From NCBI RefSeq assembly GCF_006345805.1, contig NC_043004.1, positions 44,640,001 through 44,704,000 of the forward strand: a stretch of DNA of 64,000 nt, given 5' to 3'. Positions 1 through 13,431 of the stretch are shown here, piece by piece. Under the pieces are notes generated by a model. That model did no database searches and was not told the DNA's origin. It saw nothing but the letters and a program-made list of their open reading frames with translations. The stretch is from Octopus sinensis (Eukaryota). Each line of letters starts with the position of its first letter. The stretch's first letter is position 1. The position numbers and the translations under genes were made by a program.

Positions 1-2189
1 TTTAAAGTATGATGGAGGATAATTGTTGGGAATTGCAGTAAGAGAATCTCTCATCATACATAGAGCAGAAAAAGAAACTGCAACATAGTTTAACTTCACA
101 ATAGGAAGTTGCTTTTCCATAGCATAAACAACTTGCATACAGGAATGGAAACTTCAGCGGCGAAACTCAGCTGTGTTCTAAGCCTGATGAAAGAAGGAAG
201 GATAACTCTGCAGAAATTATTTAAGTATACCTATCCTAGAACGCTGCACAGCAAACTAACACAATTCGCTTACGCAATATAATCCTGTAGAGCAACAAGG
301 GAAGAAGCATGGGTCTTTCGATATACAAAACCTAGACGCGATAAGAAAATTTCTTTATCAGATCTAAATTCAGCAAAATTTCCCCAGTACTCTGTACTAG
401 GGAAAACCTGAAACTAGTAATTTATTTATGTATGAGACATCCGGCTTGCGAAAAAATGGCCGTGTAAACACAAACCTAAACGTTTTTTTTTCCCACGGTG
501 AACTCTGCGCCATTGTTGCTGCTGATTAATTTCAGATTTTAGCTTTTCGAATTCTTCACTAATTTTTCGTGAGAATCGTACAACTACAAATTAAATATAC
601 ATATTCTTCAACGTAACGGAATTTAACCTCTAGAAGAGATCTCTCCTCTTTGGAGGGGGTTATTACCACAGTCAAAATACGTTTACGGTTGTAGATATGA
701 CAAAAATGCTATTTTTTTCATTATCATCAGCAAGGGTACATAGCAGGCCTTCTTGAGTGTTGTGTAAAAACAGTTGGAAAATTTAATGGCGTTGTCCTTA
801 CATCATTCCCTGTTGTTCAAGTGCCCTCTTATCTACTTTGTCTTCTATGAATATGCAGTCTTTGAATATCAGACAAGTTTGTAGTATGCGATATATTCAA
901 ATCGATATTCTACATCGCAGACTACAGTCGTATATTGCTACTGGCATTGTAACTGTATTCCTTGCATGGATAATGTTTTTGGTAATGAGATAAGCTTTTT
1001 TTATACTTCTTGGCTCTACGAAAATATAGTTAATTCTCCTTAAAGCACCTCTTGTACAGATATCTTTACGCTCATCTATGCACAAATATTTGTATAACTA
1101 AAAAAAGTCTTCAGCTCTCCTTATATGAAAGTATGAAATATTTTCTCCAGTGGTTTTATTTGCCACGAAAAATGTCACTTCCGCATTTTCTCCTGTCTTA
1201 AGGTCTATTTAACGTCACTGCTAAACTGTTTTATAATACTGGCGACATTCTCAAAATGCGGTCCGTTCACTATACAATTTTAGGTCGTCTAGTTTATTAG
1301 CCTGCTCCTCCCTCGCACCACGTAGTACTCCAAAGTGACCTGTTTTATTAGCCAGTATTTTAATCGTTAATTAAGGAACAAAGTGTAGTTCCTTTGATAA
1401 TCTGTAAAGCCAGTAAAAGCGATAAAACGGTAAGAGGTAAGCATTTTTCTGCTGGGAACCTAGATCAAATTCATGCAACAGAGAAGAATGAGATAAGGAA
1501 TCCCATGAGGTAGTGTAAAACTAAGAACCAGGTGGTTGTGTAAAATCGGGCTACGAATTAATTTTACCACTCAAATAGACCACGGTAGAATTTGGTCTCG
1601 GAACGCAAAGAGAAGCAACAAAAACAGTAAGTGTCACATCTGATAGTCTACCGAATTCAACAGTCCATTGGTTTTGACTAATACGATATTTATAGTTCCC
1701 GGAAATATGAAAAATAGAGGTAACAAGTAGAAGTTGAAATTAAGACCAGTAGTAATGTCCCCTCGTAGTATGATAGATTTTGCTGTGAGATTTAAACTTG
1801 CGGGTATGGCTTTGCTGTTCACCGTAAGAACACTTATCTTGTTCTTTCTTCGTGTATTAATGCAGATATGTTACAAAAATGAAGTCCTTCGAGCCTTATG
1901 GCTATCGTCAGAGTGTCGGATGAAACGCCTTGTTCTAACACTTTATATTCTGAGCTCAAATATCCTGGAGATCAAATTTGTGCTTCATTCCTCTAAGGAC
2001 GAAAAATAAAGTACCAGACAAGTACTGGGGTTGATGTACACCTCAAAATTTATGGTTGCGTGTCACAATTACAAATATTATTAATTAGAAATTATGAATG
2101 TTATTATTGCTGTTGTAATTATTATTATTATTATTATTATTATTATTGTTGTTGTTGTTGTTGATATTGATGTTGATGTTGATATTGTT

Positions 2190-2400
2190 AAGGCGGCGAG
2201 CTGATAGACTCGTTAGCACACCAGGCCAAATGCCAAACGCCATTTCCGTCTTTACGTTGTGAGTTCAAATTCCACAGAGACCGATTTTGCCTTTCACCCG
2301 TTTAGGGTCGATAAATGAAGTACCAGTGAAACTCTGGGGTCGATGTGATCAACTTGTCCCCTCCTCCAAAATTTCAGGCCTTGTGACTTTAGTAAAAATG
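2190..2400 (+). mobile_element. tRNA-derived SINE, family B (old-tail subfamily), inserted in an (ATT/GTT)n tract
   Basis: Head aaggcggcgagctg, B-box-like gagttcaaattcc, core gcctttcacccgtttagggtcgataaatgaagtaccag, tail aaaatttcaggccttgtg. About 20 related copies occur in the window. Confidence 0.85.
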
Positions 2401-3719
2401 ATTATTATTATTGATGTTGTTGTTCTGGTTCTTGTTGTTAATAGCATTATTATTATTGTAAGCGTAGTAAGCAAACATGACGTCTCACTATAATGTAATT
2501 AATACTTATCGAATGGAAATTTCCTTTCTCGGATTATCTTCAAGCAGCAACCTTACAAAAGCGTGGAGTCTGTCCTTAATACCTGAGCCGGGCAAAAATT
2601 CTATGCTTCCAAAATAAAATTAAATTTCAAGATATTTGTCAGGTTATAGGCTTTTCTTTGTGTGGAGTAGCGGTAAGAAGTAACACACACACAAAAAAAA
2701 AGGTCGCAGAAATTATGCTTAAAACAGAGAAAATATTTGTTGGAAATTATGAAAATAATAACACAGACTTAAATAAACGAAGAATAAATAATTACGCTTA
2801 AACAAACAGATATGATTACAAACACAAACGGAGACATTGATACTTCAGAAAATACACGACGAAACACAAGCGAGCGCATTTCTTATATAAACAAAGATAT
2901 GAGTTATAGCAAAAGAAAAAATATAAGAACGCAAACAATAACAAAAACATGTCTTAAACACAAAAAAGTTTTGAATATGGGACGTTTCTCTGAAAAGAAG
3001 GAATGTGGGTGGGCTTTATCATGAAAAATTCTGATCACTTCTCTGGCGATTTTATCAATGAGGTGCCAAGAAATTTAGTTGCACCTCTGAATTTCGAGCA
3101 AGCGTATATGGTGCTGCCGAATGAGCTATTAAAGGGTACTCTAGCTGATGTGTGTATTGAGGCGCTTTCCATCAACTGAAGGAGGGCGTACAGAGATAGT
3201 TTGCCCTGCACGCCATATTTCCCATCGGAGCGAGATTAAGTGATTGTGTCACATACCTGCCTACTGCCTATGATACACAATACATATATATTCTTAGATG
3301 TTCGTTCTTAGATCCTCACAACATTTGTGACATATTTGCAGCTTGTAGGCAGAGTATGCAATGATATATAAGTCCTGATGATACATGAACTATCGTTAAT
3401 GCAATGGGGAAAGCAGTACGGTTATTGGTGTTGTGCAGAAAGCCCAGCTTTTCCAGACAATACCATAATTTTTGAGACTTTTTTTAAGAGAGAGTTATAA
3501 TAAGCTGACCTGTCCTCATTTTGTTATTACAGATTGAAAGAGACAGCAGTAACAGAGTTTGAACCCAGTCTAATAACCTACTAAACGCTGCTTCTTATAG
3601 GTGGAATAGTTTACAGAATGCAGTCGGGACGTGAAGATAATCAGAAAGCACACTATGTAATGAATGGTTGTACTAAACTGGGAAAAAAACGCTGCAACAT
3701 CATATGAAATGCCCCATAT

Positions 3720-4290
3720 ATAGATTAACTTGTATAAGCCCGATTTTCTGTTTTTCCATGGCTCAAGAAGCCAGGCACAGCAAGTCCAACGAGAAGCTTA
3801 TGATGATCCCCTTTTTCGACAGCAAGTGCATCATTTACATTCACCGGGTTCCCACCGGACGAACTGTCAACAACGAAAATTTTGTGGAGGCTTTGAAGGA
3901 ATTCAGTAAGAGATTTCGTTGCAAATGGCCAGAGTACCTGCACCAGAACAATACAGTAGTCCACACTTCTATCCTGATAACAAATTACATGGGAGAGGCG
4001 AGCAACAAAAATGTCCCTAATCCCTCCCAACAGTCCAAGCTTTGTACCATATGACATTTCGTTTTCCCCTATGCTGAAGTCGAAGATTAAGGAGGCAGTG
4101 ACAAGCATTCAGAACACCTTCACTCTGGAGGACTTCGGACTTCCATGGGGCCTTCACGAAGAGGATAGAGCTCAACTAGTGCATTGAAGTCAGAGGAACC
4201 TATTTTTTAGGGAGATAAGAATGTTGTATTTCTTTGAAGTTAATAAATGCCTTTCCTTAAAAAGACTCAAAAATTCCGGAATACACCTTG
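3720..4290 (+). mobile_element. Mariner transposase 3' fragment (degenerate)
   Basis: ORF 3704-4054 reads KLMMIPFFDSKCIIYIHRVPTGRTVNNENFVEALKEF...LHQNN, matching the mariner catalytic region. The terminal sequence (aataaatgcct...ctcaaaa) is shared with the fragment at 33960-34345. Confidence 0.8.
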
Positions 4291-5283
4291 TATGTGAGTC
4301 ATATGAATATGTATGTGCTTGTATGTAGTTATGTACATACAGACACACGCACACACACACACACACATACACACACATACACTCACATACACAGACAAGT
4401 GTATACTTGCTTGTATATGAGCATACTATACAAATGCTGATTCTTGCATAATCAAGCATTCAAAGACTACGTTAAATTGAATATATGTTACACACATACA
4501 TACCAATATGTACACACCCACCCACCCACACATACACACACACGTACGCATATTAGTTTGTATATACTTATTCTATAGTCGTTTGTATGTGATTGTGTAT
4601 ATTTAGAGTGTGTTTTGTAGAGTACGTAAAAAGATATGTGCTTTATGAAGGTTTCAGCTTTCTCTCTCTCTGGACATGCTAAGACTGGGTGTTAAGCATA
4701 AAGTGTTCAAATTCCCCACTCACTCCTTTCTCAGTCTCTTTCCTCGCCCTTCTACTCTTGTATATAAATATATATAAATACAAGTATGTCTATGCTAACG
4801 GAGACGATTTTTTTTCCTTGTGTGTCATCGCGTTCATTAAGTTCCATATTAGTCGTACAATTATTTATGCATCAGATTCGTAAAGCCTCCCGCTAGTTTT
4901 TTTTTTTTTTTCCATGTAAAAAAAAAAAAATGAAAAGCAGATTCAACGAGATAAATTTGCATTCGCACTCACACCCACATACAAATACAAACACACGATA
5001 TTAAAGACTGTTCATTTTAAAATTTTTAATCGTATATATATCTTTTTGTATTCCACTTGTTTCAGCTCTGAAACAGTCGCCATGCTAGGTCACCTCCATT
5101 GGTGCTGCTACACCTCCACTGATCTTCCCTATTTTCTGCTCAAAGTTTTGTTTCTTACCACCAAATAAGTTCCTCTGAAATTCTAAACAGTAAAAGGTCC
5201 AGTTGGCTTTTACAAACATCAACATCCACACACTGTAGGGCACTTAAGTCTTTAGGTAAGATGTTAAAAAGCTGGAGACATAT

Positions 5284-5669
5284 ACTCTTTTACTCTTTTA
5301 CTTGTTTCAGTCATTTGGCTGCGGCCATGCTGGAGCACCGCTTTTAGTCGAGCAAATCGACCCCGTGACTTATTCTTTGTAAGACCAGTACTTATTCTAT
5401 CGGTCTCTTTTGCCGAACCGCTATGTGACGGGGACGTAAACACACCAGCATCGGTTGTCAAGCAATGCTAGGGGGACAAACACAAACACACACACACATA
5501 TATATACATATATACGACATACTTCTTTTCAGTTTCCGTCTACCAAATCCACTCACAAGGCATTGGTCGGCCCGGGGCTATAGCAGAAGACACTTGCCCA
5601 AGATGCCACGCAGTGGGACTGAACCCGGAACCATATGGTTGGTTAGCAAGCTACTTACCACACAGCCAC
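5284..5669 (-). mobile_element. tRNA-derived SINE, family A (internal microsatellite, AAAAGAGT tail), 5'-truncated
   Basis: Reverse complement matches copies at 43997, 52566 and 53087 (gtggctgtgtggtaagtagcttgc, ttgggcaagtgtcttctgctatagc, ctccagcatggccgcag, taaaagagtaaaagag). Confidence 0.9.
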
Positions 5670-6328
5670 ATATGAATCCAATTTCAGTATCTGAATCTAT
5701 ATCTGGATGTATTGGGTAAGTATATTTCTAATTCTGGATGGTGTGTGCATGTGTGTGTGTGTGGGCGTGCGTGTGCGTGTGTGTGTGTATGAGTGTGCGT
5801 GTGTGTGTGTGTGTTTGTGTGTGTGTGCATGTGCGTCTATACACGTGTATGTCCTTAGTGAAAGCTACTATGTAATTTTAAACCGTCTACTTTGTTCCAC
5901 CAGTGATTCTTCAACATCTCAACATACTTATACATACATACTTATATGTCTGTTCGTCTGAAGTTGTTGATTCCCATAGTGTTATTGTGTTTATATACTA
6001 ACCCACACTTTCTCATATGTATGTGTGTGTGTATGTGTGTGTGTGTGTGTGGTGAGGTTGAGTATTGAGATGTCAGTACTTTATAACAACTATTGAATGT
6101 TAGATTTATCGTTATTCGTTTCACTTAATTCGAGACACTTAAAATTTCTCGAATGTTTCCAGAGTCCAGCTTCTGAGGGTTAATACTATATTTAGTTCGC
6201 TCAGTGTATTTAAATTTAGCGTCCTCAAGTACCTTCTCGGGTTACTTCCCAGCCAATTTCCTTTGAGATTAATTGTTTAAACAACTGGTCTCGATGAACA
6301 CTGGAAATACTTCAATAATTAGTTGTAA

Positions 6329-6556
6329 AACGTCGAGCTGACAGAATCGTCAGCAGGCCGCGAAAAAATGCTAAGTGGCATTTTGTCCGTCTTTACGTTG
6401 TGAGTTCAAATTCCGTCGTGTTCCCGTGATCGACTTCACTTGCATCCTTTCGGGGTCGCTAAAACAAGTACCAGCTGAGCACGGGGAGTTCGATGGATTC
6501 GACTTAGCCACTCCCAAAATTTCTGTTCTTATGCCATAATCTGAAACCATTAATTA
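6329..6556 (+). mobile_element. SINE family B, old-tail subfamily
   Basis: gagctgacagaatcg...gagttcaaattccg...catcctttcggggtcg...tail ctgaaaccattaatta. Confidence 0.8.
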
Positions 6557-6781
6557 TTTTTCTTTTCCACCCACAAGGGGCTAAACATAGAGGGGACAAA
6601 CAAGGACAGACAAAGGGATTAAGTCGATTACATCGACCCCAGTGCGTAACTGGTACTTAATTTATCGATCACGAAAGGATGAAAGGCAAAGTCGACCTCG
6701 GCGGAATTTGAACTCGGAGCGTAACGACAGACGAAATACGGCTACGCATTTCGCTCGGTGTGCTAACGTTTCTGCCAGCTC
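6557..6781 (-). mobile_element. SINE family B, young subfamily with Tx1-like tail; 13-bp TSD
   Basis: Perfect direct repeat aaaccattaatta at 6544-6556 and 6782-6794. Very similar to the copy at 62257-62486. Confidence 0.92.
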
Positions 6782-7567
6782 AAACCATTAATTAATAAGA
6801 TTTGAACGCGCAAGACAAAACGAAGAGGAATTGTGGCTTCCGTAAGGATTTTTATGAAGAATGCAAGATACGTTACTAGTTTGAATCCAGTATAATACTT
6901 CAATGGCACAGTCTTAACCAGAAAGAGGTAATTTATCCAACGGAATATCATGAATGATATCGGAAAATTGTTCAGATCCCTTCGATGATAATTATTAAGG
7001 TTAAGGAGAAATCGAGTATCACTGCTAGAAGATGAACTAAAAGATATATCTAAATAAATTTCAAGGAGTTTCAAAGTTTAGAAATGTACCTTTAGAGGGA
7101 GACAGAGCAAATATGTGAAACAGACCTAACGTAAAGATTAAGGAAGAGCAGTAGCCATCATATGGATAATGAATAAGGAAATTGGCTCTCTGAGGCAAAG
7201 ATTAGTATAGAACGTAAAGACATATTTGTTTTTAAATGTGTATTTAACGGGTCGAGTTTTGAAATGACTAAAGACTGGAAAATTTCTTGAAGGGAAAGAA
7301 GGAACCCGGTCAATTTTACCAGATGCCACGTTAATAAGAGTGCAGTTTTAAAGAGATTGATAAGTTTCTGTACCGAAAAAGTGCAGTATAATTTTCGAAG
7401 GTCCAGGCGGAAACACATGGAAGAATGGTTGGTTAATTCAAACCTAGTTTCAAAAGTATGAAGACTGTAAAATCGTAGACACCAAGATAATTCACATAGA
7501 CAGACAGACATACATACATACATACATACATACAGACATACAGACAAACAGATAGATATATAGATAG

Positions 7568-9400
7568 ATTAGCCACACAGGGCCGAACACAGAGGGGACA
7601 ATACAATGTAGAACTTTTTTTTTCGAAAAAAAAGAAACAAAATACGATCAAAAGGGATTGAAAGAGTTTGGGACGTGTAACCATCGGAATAAAAATGTTC
7701 CATTTATAAAAGAGATCTCAAAAGGGGGAGAAAATATGTAATACAGATTAGGTTTATACGTGGAAAGAAAAGCCTACGAAAAAGGCCAAGGTAACATCAG
7801 GCAGGGAAAGAACACATGAGAGCAAAGCGATCTCCCCCTCTCTTTCTCTCTCTGGATTTTCAGGATCATGCTCAAAGTGATTTCGTCATCCACGCGTACC
7901 GTCTTTGCTACATTCGCTCACCTTTTATTGAAACTTTCATGAGAGAAAGGTTTCCTCTCTATTCTCACATTCGTTCTCAAGAGGTACTTGAAAACGTTGA
8001 TGATTCTCCTCAAGATTTTACCCCAAGAACGTAGTCAAACCTCCACTCCACTAATCTTCTATAGAACGATTTTGTGGAATTAGTTACACAAATTTGGTCC
8101 CGGGCGGCAGAGTTCCTCGAGAGCATAGCGATACTCACGGATTCGCCTAGTCTTCATCTCTGTTTGATCCATGACTTCTGTTCAGCTAAAGAGGCCAGTT
8201 GAAGAAAAGCGCGTCTCACAAACGTTGTCAATGAAATCCTGAAGATGTCGCAGTCTCAGCGAATGTCTGCGCATCATCGACCATGGCATGCCCAGCCCTC
8301 CATTTAGCAGGCGTTCTCAGCAAATGGATCGCCTAACCATCGGAACGATTCCTTATTACAAAAAGCGGAAGAGTATGCGTTCCAGTTTGGTGATGGTAGT
8401 ATCGGGACAAGGTACGACGGTCAGACGGTAACAGTTGACGGATGCGATGTGCGCGTACGCCGCTCCGCCCGACGTTTTAGTGATAGCTTCCTCTCGGCCC
8501 ATTGCTGGGTAAGAGCGGCCACCCTACTCGTTATTTCCTCTCAGTTCTTCTCCATTTGAAGGTATGGTCTGAACCAGATCTCGAGCAATTTAACCGGTAC
8601 GTCGGTCCAGTGTCCCGCGATGGAGACGCTGTTGGACGGCATGGGCTTGTTTCTCCAGGCGCCGAGCCTCAAACACACTGACTTTAACGCTTCGTATTGT
8701 TTTAGGGTCGCGCCGACTATATCAGTATGCCTGTGTCTTGACACTATGACACATACGTCATCCGCGTATGCAGACACGCTCCGCCTCCATCTCATTTCTC
8801 GCAGGATGACCCTCAGCGTCCCCAGCTTCCGTAGTAGTTGCTCAAGAGTCAATACCTACAGAAGTGACGAGAGGAGGCATTCCTGACGAACCAAACGCGT
8901 AATGTCAAATGGTTTGGACAGATGACCATTCTCGTGAACTACTGAAAGGATGTCGCTGTATAAAGCAGCAATCCAAACGTGAAAGACGGGACCGAAACCA
9001 GCTGCCCTAAGAACAGATTACAAATATCGATGGTCTACCTTATCGAAAGATTTCTATTGATCAAAATTGATCAGCGCCCCACGCATGCCAGGTTCCTTAA
9101 CTACTCTGTCTATGATGTAACGCATGAGGTGGAGGTTACCATGGATACTTCTGCCCAGCACGACGCACGTTTGCGCTTTGTCGACCAGTTTCTCGATGAC
9201 AAGCGCCAATCTCTCAGCTTACACCTTAGCCAAAATCTTCAAATCTGCGTTGAGCAGAGTGATGGGCTTGAAGTTATCTATGACGTTCCCCTTGTTTAGA
9301 TCTTTCTTTAGCAGTCCCACCGCACCACGGCTCACAAAACTGGGGATACTCCCGCTGATTTCATTTATACCGTCCAAAATGTTTGTTTATATTCGCGAGT
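7568..9400 (-). mobile_element. Tx1-clade non-LTR retrotransposon, 5'-truncated (RT domain, C-terminal region, 3' UTR); pseudogenised
   Basis: Minus-strand frames read VVALLKKD.NKGNVIDNFKPITLLNADLKILAKVLAERLALVIEKLVDKAQTC, FD*VDH-like and SAYADDV (YADD codons at 8757-8768). Stops and frameshifts are present. The 3' end tgtcccctctgtgttcggccctgtgtggctaat abuts a (TATC/TATG)n tract. Confidence 0.88.
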
Positions 9401-9804
9401 ACCCGTTTTCCGTTTGTTTTATTTTTTAGTATAAAATCTTTAAAAATGGTTGAATCTTTCTAATTTTTTGCATACATCATTCATTTTGTATATATTTTTT
9501 CATTTTCGTAACTTTTTTTTAACTGTATTTCATTTTCTTGGAGAGGAGCGTTTATAAAGGAACTCCCAATTTTTGAATTATTTGTTGATTTATGTTTTCG
9601 GGTTTTCTCGTTTTAAATTCATTGCCTTGTATATGATTTTTTTTTTGTTAGTATTTTCTAAAATGTGTTTAGTTTCATTGTATTACCCTCCTTAGATTAA
9701 AGGTGTCGTGTTTCCTTTAGCTGTTGTGGCGTAAATGAAACCGCTCGTTTTCTTTGCTTCAAAGCTGAAGCAAAGTTACTTTGTCTGTTCGCGTTGGTGG
9801 TAAT

Positions 9805-9840
9805 GATGGTGGTGGTGGTGGTGGTGGTGGTGGTGGTGGC
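9805..9840 (+). repeat. (GGT)n microsatellite
   Basis: Direct read of tandem ggt units. Confidence 0.95.
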
Positions 9841-10224
9841 TGTAGACATTTGTTCATTCTTCTTGCTTCCCTTTCCCACTTTCTTGTTTGGAATGCTCTT
9901 GTCAGTATGTGTGTTGACGTTGTTCGGCTGCGTATGAATGTGATTCAATGCTTTCTCTTTTCCCTGCAGCATTCGGCAATGCAAGGAAATTAATGTCCAT
10001 GAAAGACAATGGAACGATGGCCGCTTCAGCCAAGTTATCCATTTTCTAGGACAGATTGAAAAAAAAAAAATTTTTAAGGAATTTTGTAAAGCGAAAATAC
10101 ACCCACAGAGGGTGGATTTTCAGAAGACCGATTCAATCACGCGAAAGCTGATGTTATTAACCAGCTGTTGACAAAGGTTCAATGTAAACTAACATAAATA
10201 AATACGAGAAATTGTTTAGACTTA

Positions 10225-10292
10225 CGTAGATAGATGGATGGATGCATGGATAGGTAGATAGGGTAGATAGATAGATAGATAGATAGATAGAT

Positions 10293-10369
<77 letters not shown>

Positions 10370-10432
10370 GTAGGTAGGTAGGTAGGTAGGTAGGTAGGTT
10401 GGTAGACGAACGGACGGACAAACGGATGGCTG

Positions 10433-10510
<78 letters not shown>
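10225..10510 (+). repeat. Compound (GATA)n/(GGTA)n tetranucleotide array
   Basis: Direct read. It is contiguous with the 3' tail of the SINE at 10511-10692. Confidence 0.95.
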
Positions 10511-10512
<2 letters not shown>

Positions 10513-10925
10513 CAAGGAGAGACAAACATATTAAGTCGATTATATCGAACCCAGTGTGTAACTGGTACTTATTTAATCGACCCCGAAAGGCAAAGTCGAC
10601 TTCGGCGAAATTTGAACTCATGACGTAACGGCAGACGAAATACTGCTAAGCATTTCGCCCGGCGTGCTAACGTTTCTGCCAGCTCGCTGCCATTTTAAGC
10701 CATAATATTGGTTTCAAATTTGAGCACAGGATCAGGAATTTCGGAGGTGCGTTGAAGCCGCTTACATCAACATCACTGTGCTCAACTGGTATTTATCTTA
10801 TTGACCCCGAAAGGATAAAAGGGAATGCGTACCTCGGTGGAATTTGAACTCAGAACGTAAAGACGGGCGAAATGCCGATAAGCATTTTCTTCGGCATGCT
10901 TACGATTCTGCCGGTTCGCCGCCTT
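10511..10925 (-). mobile_element. Two tandem SINE family B copies (about 10511-10692 and 10705-10925)
   Basis: Each has cgaccccgaaagg, atttgaactca and a head ending in a gctcgctgcc/ttcgccgcctt-type sequence. Confidence 0.85.
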
Positions 10926-11159
10926 ATTGAGCTGTAATATTGCGGTCTTGTTTTTCATGATATCAACCGTATTTTCAAGGGTCAGCTTGACCGATCTGAG
11001 TCCAGGCCTGAGGAGAGACATCTAGTTTTATCACGTCCCGAAGCAATGATTAATGTGTTGTTCTTTTTCATTCACACACTCTCCTTCTCTTTCTCTCCCT
11101 CTTTCTTGCTTTCCCACTCTCCTTCTTCCCCTCTCTGTGTTTCTCTGTGTACATGTGCG

Positions 11160-11324
11160 CATGAATATGTGTGTTCGTGTGCATGTGCTTGTGTGTGTGG
11201 GTGGGTGTGTGTGTGTGTGTGTGTGTGTACGTATGCGTGCGTGCGTGTGTGCGTGCGTGTGTGCGTGCGTGTGTGCGTGCGTGTGTGTTTGTGTGCGTGC
11301 GTTGTGTGTTTGTGTGCGTGCGTT

Positions 11325-11373
<49 letters not shown>

Positions 11374-11378
11374 TGTAC
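11160..11378 (+). repeat. Compound (GT)n array with gtgtgcgtgcgt and 22-bp higher-order units
   Basis: Direct read. Confidence 0.9.
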
Positions 11379-11674
11379 ATGCCTTACAACTTAGCAAGTT
11401 AAGAAAAAAAATAAAACATTTGACGGTGGAAGTCTTAATACTAAAAGTTGAGTCACGTGTATCATAAAATTCGTTTCGAAAGAAATACGGTAAGATATTT
11501 TGCGCAACGCTCTAACGATTCTGCTAATCCATCATCCAAACCTCAACGGGATCACGAGCTGGGCACTTAGAAAAAAGTTTACTTACAGTTCAAAAACCCG
11601 TTGAGAAGAATTTAAAGCATTTAAAGGGATAGTAAAATTGAAAATGTGATTATGGTTAGCAGTAAACTACCTTG

Positions 11675-11975
11675 GAAGCACATGGCCTAGTGGTTAGAGC
11701 AGCGGACTCACGGTCGAGGGATCGCGGGTTCGAATCGCAGACCGGGCGATGTGTGTGTTTATGAGCGAAACACCTAAGCTCCACGTAGCTCCGGCAGAAG
11801 GTAATGGCGAAACTTCTGCTGACTCTTTCGCCACAACTTTCACTCTTTCCTCCTGCATCTTGCAGCTCACCTGCGACGGACCGGTGTCTCGTCCAGGTGG
11901 GAAACCTATACGCCAAGGAAACCGGGAAACCGGCCCTTATGAGCCAGGCATGGCTCGAGAAGGAACAAACAACAA
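11675..11975 (+). mobile_element. tRNA-derived SINE, family C (V-domain-like block, (AAC)n tail), full length; 15-bp TSD
   Basis: A box tggcctagtgg, B box ggttcgaatc, tgcgacggaccggtgtctcgtccagg block, tail aacaacaac. TSD cagtaaactaccttg at 11660-11674 and 11976-11990. Confidence 0.92.
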
Positions 11976-12072
11976 CAGTAAACTACCTTGATCAGCTTGG
12001 TCATTAGGGGTGAGTACCTAAAAGTTAGTCTCGTTTACGCTCTTAAGTACAATTAATAGATGGTAAGGCATG

Positions 12073-12280
12073 AAATGGCGAGCTTGCAGGATCGTTAGCA
12101 TGCTGGGCAAAATGCTTAGCGGAATTTCGTCCGTTTTTACGTTCAAAGTTTAGATTTCGCTGTGGTCGACTTTACCTTTCATCTTTTCTGAATCGATAAA
12201 GTAATTATCTGGGAACGATATAATCGACTTAAACCACGCCACGTAATTTCTGAACTTGGGCCAAAATTTAAAACCAATTC
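12073..12280 (+). mobile_element. SINE family B, old-tail subfamily
   Basis: atggcgagcttgcaggatcgttagc...gtcgactttacctttcatc...aaaatttaaaacc. Confidence 0.8.
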
Positions 12281-12927
12281 TTGAGAAGACAAATGTCCTG
12301 ACGTCCAAGGTGTTGAACTCACGATTGCAAGGTTATAGTTCGATTCCATACAATAATTTCCCTTGTAGTCTTGAGCAAAATACCTAATTTTACAATACTC
12401 CAGTTAACTCAGGAGAAGATAAGCACCAACACTCCTGTGATGCAATGGTGTTGGATCCACGCTGTAGTAGGCGCTTTCTACTTTGGGTCGCTTATACATC
12501 AGGGAAGCCGGTATAAGTTCTTGCCTACTGAGTTTGAAGGTTCGCAACTGAAGTAATATATAGACGTATAAGAAGCGGTTTAATCACATGAAAATACGAG
12601 TCTTTGGTGTTTGCATCACAGTATGTATACGCCAATGTTTCTTTCCTATAGATGATTCAGTGTGACGTGAGGAAGTCTTGGCTGATATTTCTAGCAGGTC
12701 GAGGGGAGATGTAGCAGTCCTTTCATTGGCTAACATCAGTAGAAGTGATTTAATGAATCCAAATGCAAGAATGTATGTATTTACACATATTTTGCATATA
12801 TTGTGTAAATATATATATATAAAGCTATATCGGATGTTATTATACACCGCTGGTTTTAATGCAATTCCTCGCATCGTTTTTGATTTCGAATGATGCCATT
12901 CCGCTGGTCTGACGGACACGCCAATAA

Positions 12928-12971
<44 letters not shown>

Positions 12972-13260
12972 TCTACTTATTGTCAATACATGAAATCCAT
13001 ATGCTGTACATCGCGTCGTACGTGACAGACTGAATTCCTTAAAATATTTCATTTCCTGTATTTCCCTTCCGATTTAAAATCTTTCTGAAGGTTTTCTTTT
13101 CGTTTACATAAAAAAAGTTGCTGTAGCTCCAATGAACCCTACTCAACATGCCCTTAATCAGAAGTTTCTCAGTTGTGAGTAGTACAGTTCTTTGTCAAAA
13201 ATCTAAACAGACTTCTGCTTCGGGTCTCACAATTTACAAATGCTTCTCTCTCTTTCTCTT

Positions 13261-13321
<61 letters not shown>

Positions 13322-13382
13322 GCATATATACACATACATGCATATATATACGTATATATATACATATATATATATATATTAT

Positions 13383-13431
<49 letters not shown>

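Noticed and set aside
178-225. CTGATGA...GAAA hammerhead candidate in a possible PLE 3' remnant (1-420)
   Set aside because: No closing stem II next to GAAA and no stem I/III pairing. The PLE identity of 1-420 is itself too weak to list.
11675-11750. tRNA gene (also the heads at 44800-44869, 54252 and 59870-59939)
   Set aside because: A and B boxes are present but there is no proper acceptor stem, and each continues into a multi-copy SINE body, with TSDs where detectable.
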